Shown: in pieces, positions 27,948-37,359 of the stretch
Layout of the letters: each line of letters begins with the position of its first letter
Numbering within the stretch: position 1 is the stretch's first letter
Assembly (NCBI GenBank): GCA_043785125.1
Contig: JAYVXP010000212.1
Coordinates: forward strand, 923-64,922
Origin: Bacteroidia bacterium
Lineage (GTDB): Bacteria; Bacteroidota; Bacteroidia; Cytophagales; Cyclobacteriaceae
Direction: 5' to 3'
Length of the DNA stretch: 64,000 bases
Translations under genes and position numbers: made by a program
Notes under the pieces: generated by a model
What the model was told of the DNA's origin: nothing
The model's input: only the letters and a program-made list of their open reading frames with translations
Database searches by the model: none

Positions 27948-29141
27948 TCAAGGCTCAAAAAAACAAACTGATCCACCAACCCATGTTTTGTCTTTGTTAA
28001 ATTTTACGCCGATCATTTCTCCGCGGCTGAGACGAGCCAGATTGGTGACCAGTTCAGGACGGGCTTTCCCATCTTCCCACAAAAACAACAACCGGATCTC
28101 TGCTTTGATAAGACCATCTGGAGCCTGGATCACTGGCGCGTACTGAACCTTTCGTTGCAAAATAAAATTGGCCCGCTCCGTCAACGGAATCAGGTCAAGA
28201 TCTTTTTGGGTAAGATGAAAAATAACACCGCTCCCGGAAAAAGAGAAAAGTGGTTTGAGCACATAGTTTTCGAGGTCGGAAGGAAAGGATGTAAACTCAT
28301 TTAGGAATTTGCACTCAGGGACATATCGGCTATGAATAAACGGCATCATGAATTTACTGATGCGATAAAACCAATTTGGGTGTCCAGCCCATTCGACATC
28401 CACGTCTTCCGTAAGATGGAACTGAAGATTCAGATCAGTTTGTTTTAACAGTTCGTCAAAAATCACCCTATTGTATATTCGATGAATCGGAATACGCCGG
28501 CCCTCTTTGCGATAAAACAATTTCCTTCCTTCCCGCTCTACGTCAGCGAGGTTTACGGGGTCAATACCAGTGAGTTGCTGCGTAATGATAAAGTCGATAG
28601 CGGTGGTTTGTTCCATCGGATTGATTTCCAGCAAGATCACATTTTCGGGTTGGTGGTTACCCAACAAGACTTTCTTGATTTTGTACTGGTAGGCATCTCT
28701 TGACAAACCAAAATGATTCGAAAACGCGGGTGGTATTTCAAAGTGCGCCCGGAATTTTCTGCCGACAAAGTCCTGAAATCCAAAGAGGGAAGGGAATCCC
28801 TGCATTTCTATCAGCTGTGGTTCAATTTCTCCTTCTTCATTTTTTACGATTGCGAAGTCCATGGCCAGAAAAAGTGTGTGTGCCGTTTCATTGGGCACCA
28901 CCAAATTTTTAGGAATTGCCTTCGCAGTCAATTTCTTCAGGTCATTCGATACCAGGAAATCAATGATTTCATCCGAGGCCCTGATTAAATTTTCTTTGAC
29001 AGACCGGGGGACAAAAATGGGGGTTTCTGCTATACGAAATTTAATCTTAAAATCGAAAGATTGGTCGAGGTCTTTCAGGAAGGCCAGGTATTTTTCCTCC
29101 GTAAACAACTGATTGTATCGCTGCCGGACGTATGGGATCAT
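27948..29141 (-). CDS. Hypothetical protein, possibly a divergent (circularly permuted-type) ATP-grasp amidoligase
   Basis: 397 aa, last gene of the amidoligase operon. The ordered motifs IHRIYNRVIFDEL, HPNWFYRISKFMMPF, YVLKPLFSFSGSGV, ILQRKVQYAPV, AEIRLLF and LARLSRGEMIGVKFNKDKTWVGGSV parallel the motif order I recall for COG2308-type ATP-grasp proteins. Confidence 0.45.
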   Translation of the reverse strand: MIPYVRQRYNQLFTEEKYLAFLKDLDQSFDFKIKFRIAETPIFVPRSVKENLIRASDEIIDFLVSNDLKKLTAKAIPKNLVVPNETAHTLFLAMDFAIVKNEEGEIEPQLIEMQGFPSLFGFQDFVGRKFRAHFEIPPAFSNHFGLSRDAYQYKIKKVLLGNHQPENVILLEINPMEQTTAIDFIITQQLTGIDPVNLADVEREGRKLFYRKEGRRIPIHRIYNRVIFDELLKQTDLNLQFHLTEDVDVEWAGHPNWFYRISKFMMPFIHSRYVPECKFLNEFTSFPSDLENYVLKPLFSFSGSGVIFHLTQKDLDLIPLTERANFILQRKVQYAPVIQAPDGLIKAEIRLLFLWEDGKARPELVTNLARLSRGEMIGVKFNKDKTWVGGSVCFFEP

Positions 29142-29151
29142 TTGGCGGTAA

Positions 29152-29952
29152 TTATTGATTCAAGGCTATGCGAAGGAAAGTAGGGATGATGGTCTTATAG
29201 GTCAACTTGAGTTTGTCTGGCTCATTGACCATCACCAACATTTGTTGATATTTTCCTTCTCCATGTTTTTCAACGATCATTTTCTTTTTGTCTTCGCGGA
29301 TGAGATATTTATACATTCCATCGGAGTCCGCTTCGGGATGAAATTGCGTTCCAATGATGGCTTCATTAAAACGAATGGCCATGATGGCGCGCTCCAGGGC
29401 CACAAAGGGGCGGTATTTCTCAAGACAAATAATTTGCCCTCCGCCGGACCAGATTTTTCCTTCATCGGGCTGCACAATCTGATAATCGCGCGAATCAACA
29501 GAATAGAATGGGTCATCCAAATGTGAAAATAAAGGTTCCTTTTGACCTTGTTTTGTTTTATGGATTGGCATTACGCCAAAGGCTGTGCTCTTGCGTTTTG
29601 TAATCCGGGCATAACCATAATAGCGGCAAAAGACCTGGAAGGAATGACAAATGAGAAAGAGATGCTTGCGCTGAAAGGGATTGCTTCGATTGTGGCTAAG
29701 AATACCATCGATCAGCCCAAAATAGTTTTCTTCCCACAAGGAGCCCTCACTGGCCAACGGACTTCCCGGCCCGCCTGAGGAAATATAAGCATCGAATCTG
29801 AGGTCGGCGATTTCATTTTTCAACCTCACATCAAACACCTGAAATTCAACAGTGACGGGAGATTCGGCTTTGAATTGTTCTACGAGCTGAATAATGCACC
29901 GCATCCCCTCATTGATTTCGCCTTCATAGAGATCGAGAATCGCAATACGCAT
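29152..29952 (-). CDS. Class-I glutamine amidotransferase-like protein
   Basis: SSGGPGSP, nucleophile-elbow-like LFLICHSFQ (Cys-His), and GTQFHPEAD (His-Glu of the triad). Confidence 0.75.
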   Translation of the reverse strand: MRIAILDLYEGEINEGMRCIIQLVEQFKAESPVTVEFQVFDVRLKNEIADLRFDAYISSGGPGSPLASEGSLWEENYFGLIDGILSHNRSNPFQRKHLFLICHSFQVFCRYYGYARITKRKSTAFGVMPIHKTKQGQKEPLFSHLDDPFYSVDSRDYQIVQPDEGKIWSGGGQIICLEKYRPFVALERAIMAIRFNEAIIGTQFHPEADSDGMYKYLIREDKKKMIVEKHGEGKYQQMLVMVNEPDKLKLTYKTIIPTFLRIALNQ

Positions 29953-30019
29953 AAGTGGGATAGGTGGTTAAGTGTTGCAATTTGCTGAACAGCAAATCGA
30001 TCTGCAAGCCGTACAAAAA

Positions 30020-31117
30020 TTAGGTGCCTACGAGCGTCTGATCCAGGATGTAGTCGACGACGCTTTCCAGATTTCCGGTTTTCTCATACACCGCCAACTG
30101 CCGGTCTGCCCCTGTGCCTTTGTCCAAAATAGTCTTGACGTATTCCAGTGCATGACGGCTTCCCAAATCATCTACGACATCATCAACGAAATCAAGCAAC
30201 TCCAGGATCAATCCACGGGTGTCAAGCTCTTCCTGTTTGCCAAAGTCAATTAGTTTGCCATCCAAACCATATCGTGAGGCTCTCCATTTATTTTCATTGA
30301 TCAAAGCACGGTTATACATAATGAAACTCATGTTTTTTAGACGGAGCCGATAGAGCTTTACGACCAGGGCCTGAAAAATGGCAGTGATGGCAATCGTCTC
30401 ATCAATCAACATGGGCACATCGCAGATGCGGAATTCGATGGTGTCAAAAAAGGGATGAACGCGCACGTCCCACCAGATTTTCTTGGCGTTATCAATACAC
30501 CGTGTTTTGATCAACAGGTTAACGTAATTCTTAAAGTCATCCCAGTCGTTAAAGTAATCGGGAACTCCCGTACGGGGAAATTTATCAAACACTTTTGTCC
30601 GAAATGATTTGAACCCTGTATTACGGCCTTCCCAAAAAGGAGAATTAGTAGAGAGTGCATAAACATGTGGAAGAAAGTAGCGCACCGTATTCATGATGTG
30701 GATCGCCATGTTCTTGTCGGCAATGCCTACATGAACGTGCAACCCAAATATCAGATTGGACCGCGCAGCCTCCTGCATTTCATTGACAATCTCGTCATAA
30801 CGCGGGTTGGGAGTGATCAATTGTTTACTCCAATGTGAAAATGGGTGTGTGCCGGAAGCTCCGATCTTCAGGCCCAGCCCACCGGCCACATCGCTAACCA
30901 GTTTGCGCAATTTGCGGATGTCCTCATAGGCATGGTCTACATCTTTACAAATGCCTGAACCGACTTCGACAACCGCCTGATGCATTTCAGCCTTCACATG
31001 ATCTTTCAGTACTTCCGATGCAATATCAACGATTTTCTGATCATGCGAAGTCAACTCCCGGGTGGTGGGGTCGATGACCATGTACTCTTCTTCAACACCC
31101 AATGTAAATTTTTCCAT
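30020..31117 (-). CDS. Carboxylate-amine ligase, glutamate-cysteine ligase family 2 (YbdK-like)
   Basis: N-terminus FTLGVEEEYMVID, GTHPFSHW, HVHVGI. Typical GCS2 length of 365 aa. Confidence 0.88.
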   Translation of the reverse strand: MEKFTLGVEEEYMVIDPTTRELTSHDQKIVDIASEVLKDHVKAEMHQAVVEVGSGICKDVDHAYEDIRKLRKLVSDVAGGLGLKIGASGTHPFSHWSKQLITPNPRYDEIVNEMQEAARSNLIFGLHVHVGIADKNMAIHIMNTVRYFLPHVYALSTNSPFWEGRNTGFKSFRTKVFDKFPRTGVPDYFNDWDDFKNYVNLLIKTRCIDNAKKIWWDVRVHPFFDTIEFRICDVPMLIDETIAITAIFQALVVKLYRLRLKNMSFIMYNRALINENKWRASRYGLDGKLIDFGKQEELDTRGLILELLDFVDDVVDDLGSRHALEYVKTILDKGTGADRQLAVYEKTGNLESVVDYILDQTLVGT

Positions 31118-31152
31118 ACTTCACCTTTTGCCTCTCCCGAGAGAAGAAAAAA

Positions 31153-32181
31153 TTATTTTCCTGTTGCTTTCGATTTTGTTTTCTTTTCCGGGCTTGACAC
31201 GACCCCTGCTGCGGGTTTGGTTTCCGCGGTTTTCAAAAATGCTTCGGCCGAATTGATTACAAAGGTTCCCCAGGTAAGGTTATCGCCGCCAGGTTGCTGC
31301 GCCTGAGCGCGATCCACTGCCATCTTTGCGGCATGCTCTACGACCCAATCAAAATTTTCCTGTCCTACGGATTTCAATTCTGCATCGGGTGCCGGATTGC
31401 AGAAGTCGATGGCGTACGGTATGCCATCACGCACTGCCATTTCTACGGTATTAAAATCATAACCGAGAGCCTTATTGAGCGCCAGCACATCGGTGTGTAC
31501 TTTTTTGAGTAATTTTTCTGAGGCAGGTCCTTTGTTTACCACGTAGCGCAGGTGGTGGGGGTTCCGGGGTTCGTATTGCATAATACGAACGTATTTTTGA
31601 CCCAGGCAATAGCACCGGAAATAGTCGTCAAAAACAATTTCTTCTTGCAGCATCATCACCAATTGAGCAGTCTCACGGTAGGAATTAAAAAACTCTTCCA
31701 TATTGCGAAGCTTGTAAACGCTTTTCCATCCGCCTCCAGAGTGTGGTTTCATGTAGGCCGGCCAACCGATGTATTCAAAAATGGTTTCCCAGCTAAGCGG
31801 AAATTTCAAATTACTAAATGAAGCGTCCGTCGTGTCGGGTGGGCGTTCGTGAGAGGGTAGGATTACAGTCTTCGGAACCGCGACTCCAATTTTTACGGCC
31901 AGTGCATTGTTAAAAAACTTTTCATCGGCACTCCACCAAAACGGATTGTTGAGCACGGCTGTTCCGGCGATCGCAGCGTTTTTCAGATAAGCCCGGAAAA
32001 AGGGAACATCTTGTGAGATGCGATCGATGATGACGGCATACTGATCCCCAACTCCCTGCTGCACCATATCTACCATTACCGGCTCAGCCTTAATGTCTTT
32101 GAGGCCCATTTTATTGATGCGCTCAGCAAAGGCAAGTGGAAAAGAGCGCTCCATGCCATGCAGTATCCCTATCTTTTTCAT
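31153..32181 (-). CDS. ATP-grasp domain protein (RimK/glutathione-synthetase-like)
   Basis: WPAYMKPHSGGGWKSVYKL (ATP-binding Lys-Gly loop), MMLQEEI, TVEMAVRDGIPYAIDFCN. Disordered K/S/T-rich C-terminal tail. Confidence 0.75.
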   Translation of the reverse strand: MKKIGILHGMERSFPLAFAERINKMGLKDIKAEPVMVDMVQQGVGDQYAVIIDRISQDVPFFRAYLKNAAIAGTAVLNNPFWWSADEKFFNNALAVKIGVAVPKTVILPSHERPPDTTDASFSNLKFPLSWETIFEYIGWPAYMKPHSGGGWKSVYKLRNMEEFFNSYRETAQLVMMLQEEIVFDDYFRCYCLGQKYVRIMQYEPRNPHHLRYVVNKGPASEKLLKKVHTDVLALNKALGYDFNTVEMAVRDGIPYAIDFCNPAPDAELKSVGQENFDWVVEHAAKMAVDRAQAQQPGGDNLTWGTFVINSAEAFLKTAETKPAAGVVSSPEKKTKSKATGK

Positions 32182-32191
32182 ACGCTATATT

Positions 32192-33127
32192 TCATTTGGA
32201 TAATATCTGATCGATAATAATTTTCTGCATTTTACCCGGTTCCGTAAGAATAACGAGATGTGCTGAATTGGTAAACCAAAATAACTCTTTTTTGTCGGCT
32301 TTTACCTTCCTAAAGTAGTCTTCCGTGATTTTAAAATAAGTCTGATAGTCTTTTGATCCAAGAAAAAAGTAAAGGGGACACCGGATTTCGGGAGCGACGA
32401 CAAAAAAATTCACCATAGAGGCTTCATTAAACAGGTTTAGCCATGTTTTTGACCACGCTTCAACGTAAGCTTTTGGAGGTGGCTTTTGTCCCATCCAGAT
32501 CGCCAGCCATTTCCGATGATAAAAAAGTTGCTCGCCATTCTCAAAGGGTATCCTTACTTTTGCCAACTCCACTATCTCTTCCTGATTTTGGGTCTCTTGT
32601 GCCTTGCCTTTCATTAACGCGAGGGAATTTCTTTCACTTTCCAACTGATAGATCATAGGGCTGACTGCAATGTAGCCGGCCAACAAATCAGGATGCCGGG
32701 CCGCGATGGTCATCCCAAGAAAACCTCCCCAGGAATGCCCCATCAAATAAATCTTATCCTGTGCAAAACGGGATCTCAGATAATTAATCAGTTCTACGGC
32801 ATCTTGCTCAAAAAGCGCGACCGTTAAAGGCACCGGTGAGGCATTGAGCCTTAGCGTTGTTCCACTTTCACGCTGATCCCATTGCACCACCACAAAATGT
32901 TTTTGAAGATCTGCGGTAAATTTTTGGGAGTAGCCAATCGCCGAACTTCCTGGCCCGCCATGCAGAAAAAGCAATACTGGATTGTTGTCACCGAGGCCCT
33001 TTATATTAATCCATTGTTTGATTCCACCAATCATCACCGCCTCACTCACGTTGATTTTATTTATTCCGGATCCCGAAAAGGAGATGGCCATCAGAATAGA
33101 AAGCGTAACAAGGCGACTCATGATCAT
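32192..33127 (-). CDS. Secreted alpha/beta hydrolase (proline-iminopeptidase-like)
   Basis: Start set to the ATG at 33127, which gives a signal peptide. LFLHGGPG oxyanion motif and nucleophile elbow GHSWGG. Confidence 0.8.
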   Translation of the reverse strand: MIMSRLVTLSILMAISFSGSGINKINVSEAVMIGGIKQWINIKGLGDNNPVLLFLHGGPGSSAIGYSQKFTADLQKHFVVVQWDQRESGTTLRLNASPVPLTVALFEQDAVELINYLRSRFAQDKIYLMGHSWGGFLGMTIAARHPDLLAGYIAVSPMIYQLESERNSLALMKGKAQETQNQEEIVELAKVRIPFENGEQLFYHRKWLAIWMGQKPPPKAYVEAWSKTWLNLFNEASMVNFFVVAPEIRCPLYFFLGSKDYQTYFKITEDYFRKVKADKKELFWFTNSAHLVILTEPGKMQKIIIDQILSK

Positions 33128-33135
33128 GGGCTTGA

Positions 33136-33846
33136 TTACTTGATCAATGAGAGATAGTGTGGAAACATTTCTTTCCACGCCGGCCAGTCGTGGGGGGCAT
33201 CGGCTCTTACATCCAACCAATGGTGTATCCCTTTTGCCCTCAGGATATCGGCCATCTTTTCGTTTGCATCCCAGCAAGAATCGTGTGTGCCGGTGCCCAA
33301 CACGACAAATAAGTCTCCATAAAATGGATTTTGTGCCCCGGGAATAAAATCCGGCGGATTATTGAAGTAAACATTGTCGTCATAATATCCATCCATCTGA
33401 CCTTTGATGTCGAATGCTGCCCCCATATTGAAAACATACTTAACCACCTCGGGATGTTTGAAGGCAAAGTTTGTGGCGTGATAGCCGCCGAAACTGCAAC
33501 CCGCAGTAGCAATGCGGCCTACGCCGGTTTCGCGCTGCATCAGGGGTAGCAGTTCCTGAAGTAGCATCTGATCATACCAGATGTGATTAAGCACCCGGTC
33601 AGCAGGATGGATACTTTTGTTGTACCAGCTATCCGCGTCAATCCCATCGGGACAATAAATTTTAACCAATCCGTTGTCCAGGAACCAGGATACACTGTCA
33701 ATCAATTTAAAGTCTTTGTTTTCATTGAACCTGCCCATGGACGTAGGGAAAAGCATAACCGGATAGCCTTGATGTCCAAAGGCCAACACTTCGATGTCGC
33801 GGCTAAGTCGGGGTGAATACCACCGATGATATTGCTCGTGGGGCAT
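33136..33846 (-). CDS. Esterase-family alpha/beta hydrolase (putative-esterase/esterase-D-like)
   Basis: Start set to the ATG at 33846. Nucleophile elbow GCSFGG and C-terminal H in ..APHDWPAW. Confidence 0.75.
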   Translation of the reverse strand: MPHEQYHRWYSPRLSRDIEVLAFGHQGYPVMLFPTSMGRFNENKDFKLIDSVSWFLDNGLVKIYCPDGIDADSWYNKSIHPADRVLNHIWYDQMLLQELLPLMQRETGVGRIATAGCSFGGYHATNFAFKHPEVVKYVFNMGAAFDIKGQMDGYYDDNVYFNNPPDFIPGAQNPFYGDLFVVLGTGTHDSCWDANEKMADILRAKGIHHWLDVRADAPHDWPAWKEMFPHYLSLIK

Positions 33847-33959
33847 GGTTGAAATTTTATTTTGTCGTGCCAGGATATTTCCCTCGGAATAACCTCTATT
33901 TTTGAAGTCCGGCAATCAATACAGCAGGAAGCTAATTCAAAATTTGAGACAATAAAACA

Positions 33960-34796
33960 GTGACCCAGCCTATTTTAAAGGACGCTTCCGCGGATTATAC
34001 TTATCAGGTTGAAAAACTGTCGGGTATTTATTCCAAACTCCTTGACCGGAATGTAGAAGTGGAGATTTTTTTGCCACCTGGTTTTGCTGAATCAGGAAGG
34101 AAATACCCATTACTACTACTCAATGATGGTCAGGATAGCGAAGCCGTTGGACTAAAGGATACCCTGGAGAAATTAGTGGGTGAAAAATCCATCTTGGAAA
34201 TTATCGCAGTGGGCGTGACGGCGGGAGACCGCATGCAGGAATATGGGGTCGCGTCAAAAAATGATTATCAGGGTCGTGGGCGGAAAGCAAAAAAGTATTC
34301 GAAGTACATCATCAGTGAGTTGATACCCTATTTAATATATCGTTATCCCATTTCGCCAATAGCAACGGACCATGCCATGGCAGGGTATTCCCTGGGTGGT
34401 TTGTCGGCAATGGATATAGTTTGGAATAACCCAGAGGTATTTACCAAGTTGGGTGTTTTCAGTGGATCATTTTGGTGGCGCAAACGCGACACGCAAAGCC
34501 GGTTTTACTCCGACTATCGCGATCGATTGATGCACCTTCAGGTGCGGAAGGGTAAATTAAAACCAGGTCTGAAGTTCTGGTTTCAAACCGGCACACAAGA
34601 CGAGTGGGGTGACCGAAATGGGAATGGCATCATTGACTCCATCGATGATACCCTTGATCTGATTGCTGAACTGACCAAAAAGGGCTATCGTCCTTTTCAG
34701 GATATAGGCTATCTGGAAATCCAAGATGGCAAACACAATCCCGAGACGTGGGCTGAGGCCCTGCCCATATTTTTGATCTGGGCATTTAAATGCTGA
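33960..34796 (+). CDS. Esterase-family alpha/beta hydrolase (enterochelin-esterase-like)
   Basis: GTG start. YPLLLLNDGQD, nucleophile elbow GYSLGG, FSGSFWW, GKHNPETW. Confidence 0.75.
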   Translation: MTQPILKDASADYTYQVEKLSGIYSKLLDRNVEVEIFLPPGFAESGRKYPLLLLNDGQDSEAVGLKDTLEKLVGEKSILEIIAVGVTAGDRMQEYGVASKNDYQGRGRKAKKYSKYIISELIPYLIYRYPISPIATDHAMAGYSLGGLSAMDIVWNNPEVFTKLGVFSGSFWWRKRDTQSRFYSDYRDRLMHLQVRKGKLKPGLKFWFQTGTQDEWGDRNGNGIIDSIDDTLDLIAELTKKGYRPFQDIGYLEIQDGKHNPETWAEALPIFLIWAFKC

Positions 34797-34800
34797 AATC

Positions 34801-35412
34801 ATGCAGAATCTTGACACCATTATTTTTGACCTGGGTGGCGTACTCATTGATTGGAATCCTCGGCACCTGTACCGCAAGATTTTTAAAACCGAGAAAGAGA
34901 TCGACTGGTTTCTGGAAAACGTTTGCACAACTGAATGGAATGATCAGCAAGATGCCGGCAGATCATTTGCAGAAGCGACGCAAGAGTTGCTTCAGAAATT
35001 TCCGCAACACAAAGAACCCATCATGGCCTGGTTTGGGCGATGGACCGAGACGATCAGTGGCCCGATTCAAGAAACGGTTGAGATATTAAGATCCATACGG
35101 GAGTCCAAAAAATATAAACTCTATGCGCTCACCAACTGGTCTGCGGAAACATTTCCGTGGGCATTGGAAAATTTCGAATTTCTACGGTGGTTTGAAGGCA
35201 TTGCCGTTTCCGGAATCGAAAAAACACGGAAGCCGCATCCTGAGTTCTATCAAATTTTATTTGATCGGTATGCCATACAACCTTCGCGGGCGATATTGAT
35301 TGATGACAACCTTAAGAATATTGTGGGAGCCAACCGTCTGGGTTTGGGAACCATACATTTTCAATCGCCGGAACAATTAAGAGGGGAATTGAGAAGGAGG
35401 GAAATTGTTTGA
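34801..35412 (+). CDS. HAD-superfamily hydrolase
   Basis: Motif I IIFDLGGVLIDW, LTNWS, and the late DD in LIDDNLKN. Starts 4 nt after the esterase stop. Confidence 0.8.
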   Translation: MQNLDTIIFDLGGVLIDWNPRHLYRKIFKTEKEIDWFLENVCTTEWNDQQDAGRSFAEATQELLQKFPQHKEPIMAWFGRWTETISGPIQETVEILRSIRESKKYKLYALTNWSAETFPWALENFEFLRWFEGIAVSGIEKTRKPHPEFYQILFDRYAIQPSRAILIDDNLKNIVGANRLGLGTIHFQSPEQLRGELRRREIV

Positions 35413-35475
35413 TTTTCAAAGCGATGACCCCGCAGGAGAAAAGTAGTATACATAGCACACGGGTCGCCGTGACGG

Positions 35476-36342
35476 TTAATCGGGTTCGATATGGATCAGA
35501 ACATTTCCGAGTTCAGGTATTGCTGATTTCAAAGTATCCTTCAGTTGATGGGCTATTGCGTGTCCCTGCTTGACGGAGATGTCAGCACTCACCGTAGCGT
35601 GTAAATCGACGTGATAGATCATACCCGCTTTTCGAACTAAGCATTTCTCCGTACCGACAACTCCATTCACTTCTTGTGATACCTTCCGGATATCCCTCAC
35701 CAGGTCATCATATACATGTTCATCCATGATTTCTCCAAGCGCGGGTCTGAAGATGAAGTAACAATTGTAAAGAATAAACCCGGATGCAAACAAGGCCGCC
35801 CAGTCGTCGGCTGACTCGTAGCCTTTGCCTAATATGAGAGCGATGGAAATTCCGATGAACGCTGCAATGGAGGTAATTGCGTCACTTCGGTGATGCCATG
35901 CGTCAGCTTTTAGGGCCGAACTATTTGTTTCCTTGCTTTTTCGCATGACTAACCGATAGGAAAGTTCCTTCCATAGGATGATTACTCCAAGAATGATCAG
36001 CGTATAGGCTTTGGGTAACTCGTGTGGCGTGCCGATATTTTTGATGCTTTCATAGGCAATAACTGTTGCAGAAGTAATCAGAAAGCCCACGACCAGAAAA
36101 GTAACAAGGGGTTCGGCACGACCATGTCCATAAGGATGATTGTTGTCGGGAGGACGGCTTGCATATTTCAGTCCGAATAGAACAAGCAGGGAAGAGAAGA
36201 TGTCCCCGGTCGATTCGATGGCATCGGCGATTAAAGCGTAAGAATTACCAAAGTAGCCCGTCAACCCTTTAATAATGGCCAGACCGGTATTGCCGAATAT
36301 GCTGAAATACGTTGTCTTGATAGCGGTCTGATCTTTATTCAT
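35476..36342 (-). CDS. Cation diffusion facilitator family transporter
   Basis: Six TM helices with ALIADAIESTGD and HHRSDAITS metal-site motifs. C-terminal cytoplasmic domain. Confidence 0.9.
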   Translation of the reverse strand: MNKDQTAIKTTYFSIFGNTGLAIIKGLTGYFGNSYALIADAIESTGDIFSSLLVLFGLKYASRPPDNNHPYGHGRAEPLVTFLVVGFLITSATVIAYESIKNIGTPHELPKAYTLIILGVIILWKELSYRLVMRKSKETNSSALKADAWHHRSDAITSIAAFIGISIALILGKGYESADDWAALFASGFILYNCYFIFRPALGEIMDEHVYDDLVRDIRKVSQEVNGVVGTEKCLVRKAGMIYHVDLHATVSADISVKQGHAIAHQLKDTLKSAIPELGNVLIHIEPD

Positions 36343-36376
36343 GACGATCGTTGCTCACAGCATTCAAATGACCATT

Positions 36377-36943
36377 TTATCTTGTACGGATTCCAATTTT
36401 TATTCCCCTGTCGAAAAGCCCGTCGGATAAGCCATCCTGTCTATCGATCAAAAAGGAATGAAGATTTAAATATGGAATCATTTGTATGATCAATTTTTTA
36501 GAGATGGGTATTTCAAAACCAAAACCCATTCCTGCCCCAAGACCGGTTTGATTTCGAATGGATTGAGCGGTTCGCAGGTCGACATCGGCCAAGAATCCGC
36601 CATGAAAGAAAAAATGTTTTGAAAAGTTCAGTCTCATAAATAAGGGGACATAAACCAATCCTACATCATAATGACTGTGTCCAAATGGAGGCTCTGATGA
36701 ATGAGTAGTTAATTGAAGTCTGTGCCAAACTATTCCGCTTTCAAATTTTACTTTTTTAGCGAGCTGGCGATAATAATTGAATCCCAACTCAAAATTATTT
36801 CCACTTACGGATGAGCTCCCCGTGAATTGGATTGTGACGGGCTGGCCAATTCCCATGCTGACTCCAAAACTATTTTTCCGTTGATCCTGGGCATAAAGAT
36901 GAAATGAGATCATCCACAGGAAGACTAACAAAAATATTTTCAT
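36377..36943 (-). CDS. Small outer-membrane beta-barrel (porin-family) protein
   Basis: Signal peptide ..FHLYAQ, alternating beta-strand pattern. Start set to the ATG at 36943. Confidence 0.6.
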   Translation of the reverse strand: MKIFLLVFLWMISFHLYAQDQRKNSFGVSMGIGQPVTIQFTGSSSVSGNNFELGFNYYRQLAKKVKFESGIVWHRLQLTTHSSEPPFGHSHYDVGLVYVPLFMRLNFSKHFFFHGGFLADVDLRTAQSIRNQTGLGAGMGFGFEIPISKKLIIQMIPYLNLHSFLIDRQDGLSDGLFDRGIKIGIRTR

Positions 36944-37359
36944 CAAAACTTAATTTTATGGGGGGGATGATCACAGTTGACTCTATGCTTCAAATTTAAC
37001 GAATAAGTATGGTGAGGATTGCCTCTTTTTTGTGGTTTGTTTTATGGGTCGAAGCAATAACATTGAGTTATCCCTTGTTTGAAGTGTGCTTGTTGTTGAA
37101 TTTTGTTGAATCAATTGATCCGTTATGTTGCCCGCGTCACAAATTGATTTATGGCATCTCTAAAAACCCTGCCTCTTATGGCTTCAACCCGTCACCCTTC
37201 TCCAGAAGTGATACAAGGAGTTTTTCTGACACAGTACAACATCAACGTTACTTCTTGCAGAAGGTACAGTGCCACGGTCAGGGAGTACATTTAAAATAGT
37301 TGTACTTCTTACAATTGGGATAGACTAAATAAGGTAATTTTGTAAAAAATAACAACGGT

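Noticed and set aside
33128-33277. Upstream extension of the alpha/beta-hydrolase ORF overlapping the esterase gene (similarly 33847-33915 for the esterase)
   Set aside because: The extensions lack signal or domain features and would create 140-nt gene overlaps. Internal ATGs give a proper signal peptide (33127) and a compact esterase (33846).
37009-37299. 96-aa plus-strand ORF in the spacer upstream of the ferredoxin-NADP reductase gene
   Set aside because: The composition is implausible (Cys/Phe/Leu/Ser-rich) and there is no motif or coupling to neighbours. It is treated as non-coding.
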